Part shown: piece after piece, positions 49,527-58,396 of the stretch
How positions within the stretch are numbered: position 1 is the stretch's first letter
Layout of the letters: each line of letters opens with the position of its first letter
Origin: a virus
DNA: 64,000 nucleotides
IMG/VR virus record: IMGVR_UViG_3300020045_005677
Span: 64,413 to 128,412 of that record
Direction: 5' to 3' (one strand)
Program-made: the position numbers and the translations under genes
Notes under the pieces: generated by a model
Told to the model about the DNA's origin: nothing
Databases searched by the model: none
Seen by the model: only the letters and a program-made list of their open reading frames with translations

Positions 49527-51731
49527 ATGTCAAAAAGAATCACACCTCTAGAGTTAGCTGCACTAGCTGCATCATTAATATCTAAAACAAAATTAATTGG
49601 TGCTAATAAAGAGATTGCTCCAAATGGAAATGCTAACCAAATGGTACAATCTGGATTAGAATCTGATTTTGGAGCTGTACCTAGTTGGGATGCAACTGAT
49701 GCTGTTACATTTCAAATGCATGCTCCTGTAGTGAAAGATGCATTAGCTGGATTAGAATCATTTGCTGCTAGTACTGTAATTGCTGCTAAGCTATATGTAG
49801 ATAGAGCTGCTTCTGCTAAAGATTATTCTCCTTTAGAGAGAATGACAAACACTTCAGAAGTTTCAAGAAGAAAAGGTGCTGTTAAATTAAATGCAGGTCA
49901 AGTTCAAGTAGCTGGTTTAGAATCTAGTGCAATTAGCTTAACTGCTGGTTTAGAAAACTTCTCTAATATTGAAGTAGATACATTTACAGCTTATTCAGCT
50001 GCTTATAATATTGCTGCTTCTAAACAATCTGAGTTTGCTGATATTTTCTTTAAACCAATTATGCAAGACCCGTTATCTGCTTCATTCGATTTAGAAGTAA
50101 ATGTTATTTCAACATTTGATAATGTTGTTGCTCCATTAGGTGCAAAACCATATTCTAAAAATATCAAAAGTTTAATTAAACAAATTTCTGATGGTACATC
50201 TCTTGTAAAAGAAGATTTAAGATTATACCCAATTGCTAGAACTGAAAATGCTGCACAATTAAATTTTGATTTAAAAAGAGATGTAACTGTAGCTGGTGGT
50301 GTAGTTGAAGAAGCTGCTCCTATTAAAGCTGGTATTAAAATTGGATTATTATCTGCTTGTGTTACTACTGCATTAGCTGCAACTGGTACTCAAGATTCTT
50401 CAGATTCATTATCTAGAGATATTGAAGTAGAAAAAATTTATATTTCTGTTACTAATGGAACAGATGCTGAATACATTGGATTACCATTAAATGTAAATAA
50501 CTCTAATAAGTTTGTAAGACAAGCTGTTGGTGAAGAATTAGATATGGGAATCAATACTGAGTTTGAATTTGCTAGAAGTATTAAAGATTTAAAAACTTTA
50601 GTTGCTACTCTTGTTCCAACTAATATCTTAGCTACGCTTAATGATAACTACACTATTGTATTTAATACAAGATTAAGTGGTTTAATTAATATTGGTACAG
50701 GTAATGGTTATTTATCTCCTGTAGTTGAATTAGCTAGAATCTATGATAACTTAGGTGCAGATGTAACTTCAGCTGTTATAACTGCTGTAACTGACATTAA
50801 AGCTATCTTCGGTGCTATCACTGTTGACAGTTATGATTTAAAATGTTTCAGACTTGATGACAACTTAAGACAAAAAGGTATGAGAGTTACTAGAACTTCT
50901 TATTATGTATCATACCCAATTGGTTATAACCAACCAATCCAAATTGATTCTCCTACAATCGAATATCCAGGTAGAGCTGGTGATTCAGGTCTAATTGAAG
51001 CTGTAAATATTTCTGGTATCCAAATGGACCAAACTGCAATCAGAAGTCTATTAGATTTTGCTGATATGTTATCATCTGTTGTTAATACTTCTGTTGTATT
51101 ACCTGATGAGCAATTGTATAAAATCTTAGGACCTGCTGCATGGTATGTAAGACCATCTATGAAAACTAAAGATGTAGCTGTTAAAGAAGTTACTTCTAAT
51201 GTTTCTAGTAAAGACTTTGTAGAAGATGTATCTTCTTCAATTTGTTCTGAAATTAGACAAATGATTGTAGATTTAGTTGCTGAATCTAAAATCAATGATG
51301 CATTAAAAATCCAATTAGGTAATGACACTGTAGGTGTATCTATTGGTATTCCAACAAGATTATCTGCATTTGTAGACAGAGAGTTAATTAAACTTCCTGA
51401 ATCTAAATACGATATCAAAATTGCTGCAGTAGATAACGATATGATGGATGATACTATCATCATTGGTATTTCTAAGAAAAATGATGGTGGAGATAAACCT
51501 TCTGTACTAGATAGAGGATTTATGGTATACTACCCAGATGTAGCTGGTAAAGCTAGCATCTATGAAAATGGAGCTACTAAAAATATCTTTATTTGTAGAC
51601 CAGGATTCCAACATATTAACAATATGCCTATCTTAGGTAAAATTGTAATAACTGGATTAACTACTGCTACTAAAGATATTATGGCTAGAGTTAGAAGATA
51701 TAATGCTGCTGGTGAAGTAGTTGCTTCATAA
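49527..51731 (+). CDS. Major capsid protein precursor (phiKZ gp120-like)
   Basis: 734 aa; propeptide with four GLE sites; AYNIAASKQSEFADIFF, size, biased codon usage and synteny. Confidence 0.88.
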   Translation: MSKRITPLELAALAASLISKTKLIGANKEIAPNGNANQMVQSGLESDFGAVPSWDATDAVTFQMHAPVVKDALAGLESFAASTVIAAKLYVDRAASAKDYSPLERMTNTSEVSRRKGAVKLNAGQVQVAGLESSAISLTAGLENFSNIEVDTFTAYSAAYNIAASKQSEFADIFFKPIMQDPLSASFDLEVNVISTFDNVVAPLGAKPYSKNIKSLIKQISDGTSLVKEDLRLYPIARTENAAQLNFDLKRDVTVAGGVVEEAAPIKAGIKIGLLSACVTTALAATGTQDSSDSLSRDIEVEKIYISVTNGTDAEYIGLPLNVNNSNKFVRQAVGEELDMGINTEFEFARSIKDLKTLVATLVPTNILATLNDNYTIVFNTRLSGLINIGTGNGYLSPVVELARIYDNLGADVTSAVITAVTDIKAIFGAITVDSYDLKCFRLDDNLRQKGMRVTRTSYYVSYPIGYNQPIQIDSPTIEYPGRAGDSGLIEAVNISGIQMDQTAIRSLLDFADMLSSVVNTSVVLPDEQLYKILGPAAWYVRPSMKTKDVAVKEVTSNVSSKDFVEDVSSSICSEIRQMIVDLVAESKINDALKIQLGNDTVGVSIGIPTRLSAFVDRELIKLPESKYDIKIAAVDNDMMDDTIIIGISKKNDGGDKPSVLDRGFMVYYPDVAGKASIYENGATKNIFICRPGFQHINNMPILGKIVITGLTTATKDIMARVRRYNAAGEVVAS

Positions 51732-51753
51732 TCAGTATGATTAAATAGAGTAT

Positions 51754-51787
51754 ATATACTACATAGATTTTTATCTATGTAGTATAT
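51754..51787 (+). terminator. Hairpin, 15-bp stem after MCP (TATACTACATA family)
   Basis: ATATACTACATAGAT-TTTT-ATCTATGTAGTATAT. Confidence 0.75.
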
Positions 51788-51825
51788 TCTATTCTGCCGT
51801 CTATTTTTAATTTAGAATTGTTTAT

Positions 51826-51848
51826 AAACACATATTATAAAAGTAGTA
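51826..51848 (+). promoter_or_regulatory. Phage promoter motif, subtype B
   Basis: AAACACATATTATAAAAGTAGTA; upstream AATTGTTTATAAA identical to the 14778 copy. Confidence 0.75.
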
Positions 51849-51915
51849 TAATAAACAATAAAAGGATATGATATGTCAGTAATGATAGAAGATAAAGAGT
51901 ATAGAGGAATTTAAA

Positions 51916-52353
51916 ATGGACAAGACGAACTTAATTACTATAATAGGTTCCAAACAAACTGATTATAGTAAAATGATTAGAGAGTCTATTAGACTCTCAG
52001 GATTTGATATCTGTATTCAAAACTTATTATATTCCAATAAGCTAGACTTGGATAACAAATTGTTTAAAAATGTAATAGTAGTTATTTTCTCTAAAGATGA
52101 TAATATTGAAGATAAAACAATTAAAGATATGTTATTAGAATTAAGCTTAACTAAAGTTCCAATATTTGTTTTATTGGAAGAAGATAATAATACTAATACA
52201 GAAGATGATATTAAGATACACTTTGCCAAGAATAGTTTAGTGCCAAAAGAATGGGGAGGATATACTCTTTTTGTAAATAACTATAATACGGATGCTCTTA
52301 ATCTTAATTTAGAAGACTATCTGTATATAGAATTATATTATTATGGATGCTAA
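51916..52353 (+). CDS. Hypothetical alpha/beta protein, possibly flavodoxin-like/TIR-like fold
   Basis: 145 aa; alternating hydrophobic strands ITIIG, VIVVIFS, PIFVLL. Confidence 0.5.
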   Translation: MDKTNLITIIGSKQTDYSKMIRESIRLSGFDICIQNLLYSNKLDLDNKLFKNVIVVIFSKDDNIEDKTIKDMLLELSLTKVPIFVLLEEDNNTNTEDDIKIHFAKNSLVPKEWGGYTLFVNNYNTDALNLNLEDYLYIELYYYGC

Positions 52354-52402
52354 TTAGCAACAAGCAGGGAATACATACCCATACAACATACAAGGAAATA
52401 AA

Positions 52403-52825
52403 ATGAAAAGTATATTAATTATTGAAATTAATGATTATAAGCTAGAAGCAGTAGTAGATGATATTACATATATAGTAGATAGAGTATTTGATATTGATAC
52501 TATAGATAGATTTAATTATAAGATTACATCCAATACTACACTGTTTGGTAGTAAGTTGCTGCATAAGTTATTTGGAGTTAAAAGACCATTGGAAAACTTT
52601 ATTACAGAAGAGATATTATTAAACTTTGCTAAAGAAGACAAGTATCCTTTTACAGATATCGCTGTAAACATGATTAGAATGCTCTATATAGAGCTAGGAG
52701 TATTAAAGACAGGTGATTGTCTATTGTCAGTAATAAATCATTCAGACTTCAAGTATGCATTGGTATTTAGAGGTCCAAAAGAATGGCATGACAGAATGAT
52801 AAAAGAAATTAGAGAAGGTGAATAA
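52403..52825 (+). CDS. Accessory paralog (YPFTD family) 1
   Basis: YPFTD..MIRMLY..FRGPKEWHDR. Confidence 0.65.
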   Translation: MKSILIIEINDYKLEAVVDDITYIVDRVFDIDTIDRFNYKITSNTTLFGSKLLHKLFGVKRPLENFITEEILLNFAKEDKYPFTDIAVNMIRMLYIELGVLKTGDCLLSVINHSDFKYALVFRGPKEWHDRMIKEIREGE

Positions 52826-53239
52826 ATGGAAAGAGTAAAAGTATTAAAGTTAACAGATACTGAAATTGAAGTATTAATGAATAATAAGATATTTACTGTA
52901 ACTAAAAAAGATAAAAAAGAAGGTAACTATGGTTTTTATAGCGTTACTATAGATACTTCAAGGTTTAAAGGTATCCTTCTTAACTGGTTCGGAATGTATA
53001 AAATAAACAAGTATATTACTCCAGAACAGATACAGTTAGATTTCTTCGATGCAACTCCTAGTCGTTATCCATTTACGGATGAGAAGTTAATGATGATTAG
53101 AGCTTTATACTCTACTATAGGTGTAGATATGCCTCCAGTAATGACTAAAGAGTGGTTGTTAAAGAGAATTACATTTGGTGGTCCTAGAGAGTGGCTAGAT
53201 AGAATAAATGAAGAATTAGGTATTAAGAGTAAAGCATAA
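52826..53239 (+). CDS. Accessory paralog (YPFTD family) 2
   Basis: YPFTD..MIRALY..FGGPREWLDR. Confidence 0.65.
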   Translation: MERVKVLKLTDTEIEVLMNNKIFTVTKKDKKEGNYGFYSVTIDTSRFKGILLNWFGMYKINKYITPEQIQLDFFDATPSRYPFTDEKLMMIRALYSTIGVDMPPVMTKEWLLKRITFGGPREWLDRINEELGIKSKA

Positions 53240-53244
53240 TTAAA

Positions 53245-53276
53245 TAACAGTGGTATCCAATAGGGTACTGCTGTTA
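53245..53276 (+). terminator. Hairpin with G-U pairs
   Basis: TAACAGTGGTATCC/GGGTACTGCTGTTA; T-tract downstream. Confidence 0.6.
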
Positions 53277-53311
53277 ATATCTATTTTTTTCTTTTGTTTT
53301 AAACTAATCTC

Positions 53312-53334
53312 AAACACATATTATTAAATTAGTA
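53312..53334 (+). promoter_or_regulatory. Phage promoter motif, subtype A
   Basis: AAACACATATTATTAAATTAGTA. Confidence 0.75.
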
Positions 53335-53379
53335 TAACAAAACAAGAAGATAATTTAATTCAACCTGAGGAAAGATAAG

Positions 53380-54543
53380 ATGGAAAATGTGGTTCCTTAT
53401 AATCATAAAGATTCTATAATGTGGTTAGATAAATTTAAAGATGATGCAACTAGAAAAACTATGTATTCAGAAATATCAGATTTAAATCATTCTAGTCCAC
53501 AATATTCTATAGAAGCATATTCTACAGACAATAGAGCTAACTACTCTATCCAATTACAAAACAATATGTTACTACCAATTTATAGCAATGCTATGGCTAG
53601 TAAGTATTTAAGAAAATATTTAGACACTAAGGAGAGAAATAAAGAAAAAGTACATGATGGTAAATATTTAATTATAATAGAGAAACATTTAATTAAAGAT
53701 AATATCATTTATGATATATATAAAAACTATTACCATAGCATAATGAGTAAGTGTACTGCTAACACTAAAGAAAATTGTGATATCAATGCTGATGTAAAAG
53801 ATAGAATATCTAAAAATAGATTTCCTATAGAAATTAAGATATTACATTTAGTAGATATAGATATAGCATTCAAGAATAGTAAAGCTACTTATTTACCAGA
53901 CTTAAACATGATGGTATATAATAGTAATTTTGAAATTAATAATGAACATCCAATTGGTAGAGAATTTAATGTAGGTGATAGGCTACCTGCTTTTATATCT
54001 AAAGATAGAGGTGTGACACAATTCAATATCTCAGTAGTAGATAAAACAAATAGAAATAAAACATATTATACTAAAATCCTAGGAGAGACTGTAGATTTAA
54101 AATCTACTGATAGTATACACAAAGAAGAAGGAATAATTTTAGAGGAGTATTCAGAAGGATTAGAAAAAAGAAGATTAAAAATTAATATTGAAGATATTAG
54201 AGAGTATGGTATTTATCCTACTAGAACAGAATGCAATAATTCTGAATCTATAGATAAAGTAATAGAGTTAAAGAAAACAGAATTAGAATTAGATAAACTT
54301 AGATTTGGTAGTAAAAAGATGTCTATAGAATTTAATATGTTTTCTAAGAAATGTAATCTAGATGTAACTAGAAATAATATAGATATTTCTAAGATGAATA
54401 TAGATATAGTAAAGATGAGAAAAGATTTAGTAACTGATGATAAATTAGCAGATAAAAAGGGGAAGAGAGATGGTATAGATACAAGCAAAGGACTAATAGA
54501 TATTACTACTAGTATATTAAAGCTGACTGGTATGTTTTTCTAG
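53380..54543 (+). CDS. Hypothetical protein with C-terminal coiled coil
   Basis: 387 aa, immediately upstream of the RNAP beta N-terminal part. Confidence 0.6.
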   Translation: MENVVPYNHKDSIMWLDKFKDDATRKTMYSEISDLNHSSPQYSIEAYSTDNRANYSIQLQNNMLLPIYSNAMASKYLRKYLDTKERNKEKVHDGKYLIIIEKHLIKDNIIYDIYKNYYHSIMSKCTANTKENCDINADVKDRISKNRFPIEIKILHLVDIDIAFKNSKATYLPDLNMMVYNSNFEINNEHPIGREFNVGDRLPAFISKDRGVTQFNISVVDKTNRNKTYYTKILGETVDLKSTDSIHKEEGIILEEYSEGLEKRRLKINIEDIREYGIYPTRTECNNSESIDKVIELKKTELELDKLRFGSKKMSIEFNMFSKKCNLDVTRNNIDISKMNIDIVKMRKDLVTDDKLADKKGKRDGIDTSKGLIDITTSILKLTGMFF

Positions 54544-54598
54544 TCTATGGATGTTAAATGATAAGTGTGTGAATTTTAAACTAAGAGGTTGAATAATA

Positions 54599-56320
54599 AT
54601 GCAGAATAATATATTCAAATCTATGGTGTTTGATACTATAGAAAAGTGGAATCCAGATGTAATGGGTGTACTGTCTACTAAAATGGTACCTGGTGTATTA
54701 CCATATTTAGATAAGATAATAACAAGTGCAATGTTATCCTTAAATAAAGGAATAGACTTAAGATATGAGGGTTATAAAGCATTAACTCCTGACGAGGAAT
54801 ATAATGTAGTTAGTGCTGGTGGTAAAAAGAGAATGGCTTTTGACTTTGGTAGAAGTGATGTGGCTATGACTAAGTTAATGTTTAGTTTCGAAGGAGAGAC
54901 TGTACCAGCTAGAAATCTATATATCCCATTTGTAGATGAAAATGGTATAATGCATATATCTGATACTAAATACCAATGTATTCCAGTATTATCAGATACA
55001 ATTGTATCTCCTACTTCTAAAGATATTTTTACTAGATTGCTTAGAGATAAAGTAACTTTTAAAAGAGAAGCTAGAAACATAATGTTTAATGGTAGAATAT
55101 TAAATAGTGAATTAATATATAAAGACCTATATAGAACAAACAATAGAGTAATTACAGATAATCTAGGTAAGATAGTAACTTCATCTCCTTTATATCTATT
55201 TGCTAGATATGGCTTTATAGAAACATTTACTACATATGCTGAAACTAAACCAATCATTAAGATAGGAGACTATAATAAAAATGATTATTTAGAGTATGAT
55301 GAATATACTACTAAAGGAGAAAAACCATGGTCTCTTAAAAATGATAACTATAAGCCTCATGATGTTAAAGTATTAATCCATAAAGATTTTTCTACAAATT
55401 ATGTAATACAAACATTTGTTACTGGATTTATATATACTCTAGATGTATTTCCAGAATATGCTAATGAACTAGTAGATATTATTGAATCTGATAATGTAGC
55501 TGATGAGATTAATTACTGGCGAATATTAATGGGAAAAATAATATTTAAAAATAGTTATAGTACAGAGAGAGGACTAGCTGATGTTAATAACCACTTTAAT
55601 TCATTAGAGTCGTATATTGACCCAATAGTAAAAGAGAAGCTACAAGAGAATGAATTATACATTAATACATTCTTCGACTTAATAGCATATGTATGTAAAG
55701 TATTTAAAGATATGACTACTAACTATAAGATAATATCTGCAGATGTTAGAAATAGATATGTAGATATACTCTATTATATTTTATACGATATATTCGAAGC
55801 ATTAATTAGAAGTCTATTTGAATTAAACAAAAAGAAAGATAGAAAGATTACTATTACTAAAGAAGTAGTAACCAAAGTGTTTGACTTAAAGTTTAGTAGT
55901 AGAAAGATATTTAATTTAAATAGTAAAGGTAGTTTAAATATTGCTTTAGTATTAGCAGAGAATGTATCTGATAACAAAATGAAGTTAGCTCAGAATTGTG
56001 AACTACAAGAAAATGGTAAAGGTGTAAATAGAGCCCCTAGAGTAAAGCATGGCGGTAATAATACTCATGCTACTGCTACTGGTGCAGTATTGGGTAGTAT
56101 TTATGGAGTAACTAAATCTACTCTAGATGAGAGGATGAAGATTAATCCATTCGTAAAACTATCTAGAACAGGTAGAATTCAATTAGACCCTAGAAAAGTA
56201 GAATATGTAAAGATAATGGATGGATTATTAAATGGTAATAACTTATTTAATGCTAAAGATATTAATCAATTATTTATAGCTGCTGCAGAAGAAGAGAAGA
56301 TTGAATTTAAAGATATTTAA
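54599..56320 (+). CDS. rpoB: Non-virion RNA polymerase beta subunit, N-terminal part (phiKZ gp123-like)
   Basis: LYIPFVDENGIMHISDTKYQCIPVLSD, FTRLLRDKVTF, SLESYID; 573 aa downstream of MCP as in phiKZ. Confidence 0.8.
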   Translation: MQNNIFKSMVFDTIEKWNPDVMGVLSTKMVPGVLPYLDKIITSAMLSLNKGIDLRYEGYKALTPDEEYNVVSAGGKKRMAFDFGRSDVAMTKLMFSFEGETVPARNLYIPFVDENGIMHISDTKYQCIPVLSDTIVSPTSKDIFTRLLRDKVTFKREARNIMFNGRILNSELIYKDLYRTNNRVITDNLGKIVTSSPLYLFARYGFIETFTTYAETKPIIKIGDYNKNDYLEYDEYTTKGEKPWSLKNDNYKPHDVKVLIHKDFSTNYVIQTFVTGFIYTLDVFPEYANELVDIIESDNVADEINYWRILMGKIIFKNSYSTERGLADVNNHFNSLESYIDPIVKEKLQENELYINTFFDLIAYVCKVFKDMTTNYKIISADVRNRYVDILYYILYDIFEALIRSLFELNKKKDRKITITKEVVTKVFDLKFSSRKIFNLNSKGSLNIALVLAENVSDNKMKLAQNCELQENGKGVNRAPRVKHGGNNTHATATGAVLGSIYGVTKSTLDERMKINPFVKLSRTGRIQLDPRKVEYVKIMDGLLNGNNLFNAKDINQLFIAAAEEEKIEFKDI

Positions 56321-56343
56321 AATATCTATTTAGAAAATAGTTT

Positions 56344-56366
56344 AACCACATATTATTAAATTAGTG
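56344..56366 (+). promoter_or_regulatory. Phage promoter motif, subtype A
   Basis: AACCACATATTATTAAATTAGTG, immediately followed by a hairpin at 56367-56395. Confidence 0.7.
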
Positions 56367-56431
56367 TACTAGATGTTCTTATTGAGCATCTAGTATTGTT
56401 ATTTAACCAGTCAAGGAATTAAGGAAGAATA

Positions 56432-57973
56432 ATGTATATAAATGAAAATAGAAACAGTAGGTATCGTGATGATGATAGAGGTTACGATAGACATAGAGGT
56501 GAAGATAGATATAGTCGTGAACCAGAATTAATAAGAGATAGAAAGACTGGTTTATTAATAGATGAAGATGGTAATGTACCTGATATTCCAGAGAATAGAG
56601 AAATACTAGCAGAGATTGAAGAAGAAGAGTATCAGAGAAGACAAGGTAGTAGAAGCAAATATAGAAGTGGTAGTAATAGTAGAAACTCTAGATATAGAGA
56701 CGATGAAGATGAATATGAAGAAAGACCTAGGGCATCTAGAAGTAAATATAGTGCTGTAGGTAAAGATAGAGAAGAAGAGTATAGACCTCCTGCTAGAAGT
56801 AGTAGCAAATATCATACTGCAGCGGAAGAAGAAGACAGAAAGCCTTCCAGAAGCAAATATGATAATGACTCTAAAGAGAATAGTTCTTCAAGGATTGAAA
56901 AAGTACAATCTGTAAATAAAGAAATCTTTATGATAGATAAACCTGTAGATGATAAATACCATAAAGTATTATTGCCAATGGGTTATAATCAAAAACGAGT
57001 ACAGGTGTCAATAAGTGAGTTAGATAGCATTACTAGTATTAGATATTATAAAAATGAAATTACACAAGAGGAAAAGAGTATGGACGATAGAACAAGTGAA
57101 AGATTTGGAGAAGCATTATTCAAAAGCAATGATGGAGATAGAGCAACCGTAGCAATTCCAACTATTAAATCATTTGGAGAAAGCAATGAAGATGTGGCAA
57201 TGCTATATGCAGGCAATGCTAGTTCTATTATTAATAGTATTCATCAGGCAGTAAAAAACCAAACTAGCTTTGATGCTAAAAAAGAAGTGTTAGCATTTAG
57301 TACTTATGTCTTGGATGAATATTTTACTAATCTAGGTAAAAATACATTACTAGACCTGCCTGCTGCTCTGAATGATTTAAACTTAATGCAAATGCCTACT
57401 AAGCTAAAAGAAATCTATGATGGACTATATAACAATGTAGTGACTAGAAATGGTATTGTACAAATAGATAAGAAACTAGTGGAATTGTTAAACTTTTATA
57501 TTCAAGGATATTCTGCAAATCCTAGTTTATATTTAAAATCATTCTTCTTATCAATTGGTTCATTATTAGAACAATTAAAAGCTGTAAAAGATGAAGGTCT
57601 TAAAAGAAATCTAATGGATGGATTAGAAACTTGTTTATTATCTGTAATGAGTAGCTTGTTATCTTATAGAACTGAAGTTAGTAAAAAAGATGATGAGCCT
57701 TGTCTGTCTGCTCCAATTAAAGAGTTAATAGCTATTACTGTGGATGCAAATGTATTAGCAGATATAGTTAAATTAAAAAATGATAACAGTAAAGAGTTTT
57801 TCTATATAGATAGAGTATATACTCCAATTATTCACGATACAATAGAAGAACTAGATAGACTATATACTATTCAATCTTATGGTAGATTATTATTATATAC
57901 ATACGATGCAATGTATATGATTATTAAAACAAAAAATAAAGGTTATTGTATTTCTAATATTAATATTTATTAG
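56432..57973 (+). CDS. Protein with N-terminal R/S/D/E-rich disordered region and folded C-terminal domain
   Basis: 513 aa; repeated S(R/S)SKY units within about aa 70-145. Confidence 0.7.
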   Translation: MYINENRNSRYRDDDRGYDRHRGEDRYSREPELIRDRKTGLLIDEDGNVPDIPENREILAEIEEEEYQRRQGSRSKYRSGSNSRNSRYRDDEDEYEERPRASRSKYSAVGKDREEEYRPPARSSSKYHTAAEEEDRKPSRSKYDNDSKENSSSRIEKVQSVNKEIFMIDKPVDDKYHKVLLPMGYNQKRVQVSISELDSITSIRYYKNEITQEEKSMDDRTSERFGEALFKSNDGDRATVAIPTIKSFGESNEDVAMLYAGNASSIINSIHQAVKNQTSFDAKKEVLAFSTYVLDEYFTNLGKNTLLDLPAALNDLNLMQMPTKLKEIYDGLYNNVVTRNGIVQIDKKLVELLNFYIQGYSANPSLYLKSFFLSIGSLLEQLKAVKDEGLKRNLMDGLETCLLSVMSSLLSYRTEVSKKDDEPCLSAPIKELIAITVDANVLADIVKLKNDNSKEFFYIDRVYTPIIHDTIEELDRLYTIQSYGRLLLYTYDAMYMIIKTKNKGYCISNINIY

Positions 57974-58055
57974 TATTATTAAGTAGGTGCATGGATGTCA
58001 TCTCTATATTATTTATAGAGATGAGAATAATATTTAAAATCTTAGGAGAAACAAA

Positions 58056-58295
58056 ATGGCAAAAAGAAAAAATATTTCAGAGTGCGATTCAGAGTGTGGT
58101 AAAAAAACACCTTCAGTAATAGTAACAATGAATTGGGATGAAGATAAATGGGAAGAAGCAGAAGATAGAAAACTTTATGGTGAAAATATTGATGTTGAAC
58201 ATGGAGTTGGATTTATTATAATTAAATACTACGATAAAAATCCTAGTGTAAAAGAAAGAGAAAGTGATTGTATAGAGATTGAAGACTTTAGATAA
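58056..58295 (+). CDS. Hypothetical protein
   Basis: 79 aa, AGGAG RBS. Confidence 0.6.
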   Translation: MAKRKNISECDSECGKKTPSVIVTMNWDEDKWEEAEDRKLYGENIDVEHGVGFIIIKYYDKNPSVKERESDCIEIEDFR

Positions 58296-58306
58296 GCTGC
58301 TACTAC

Positions 58307-58338
58307 TATTAGATAGGATAATATTATCCTATCTAATA
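58307..58338. repeat. Perfect 32-bp palindrome
   Basis: TATTAGATAGGATAATATTATCCTATCTAATA. Confidence 0.8.
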
Positions 58339-58396
58339 TATATTATTTTTTTTCTTTTAATGATTTTATAATCTTAAATTAAATTAAGGAGTTAAG

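Noticed and set aside
445-58396. TATG as the definitive late promoter
   Set aside because: TATG is too frequent in AT-rich DNA and is absent upstream of some structural genes (4057, 5920); it cannot be separated from TTTGA-type candidates without TSS data.
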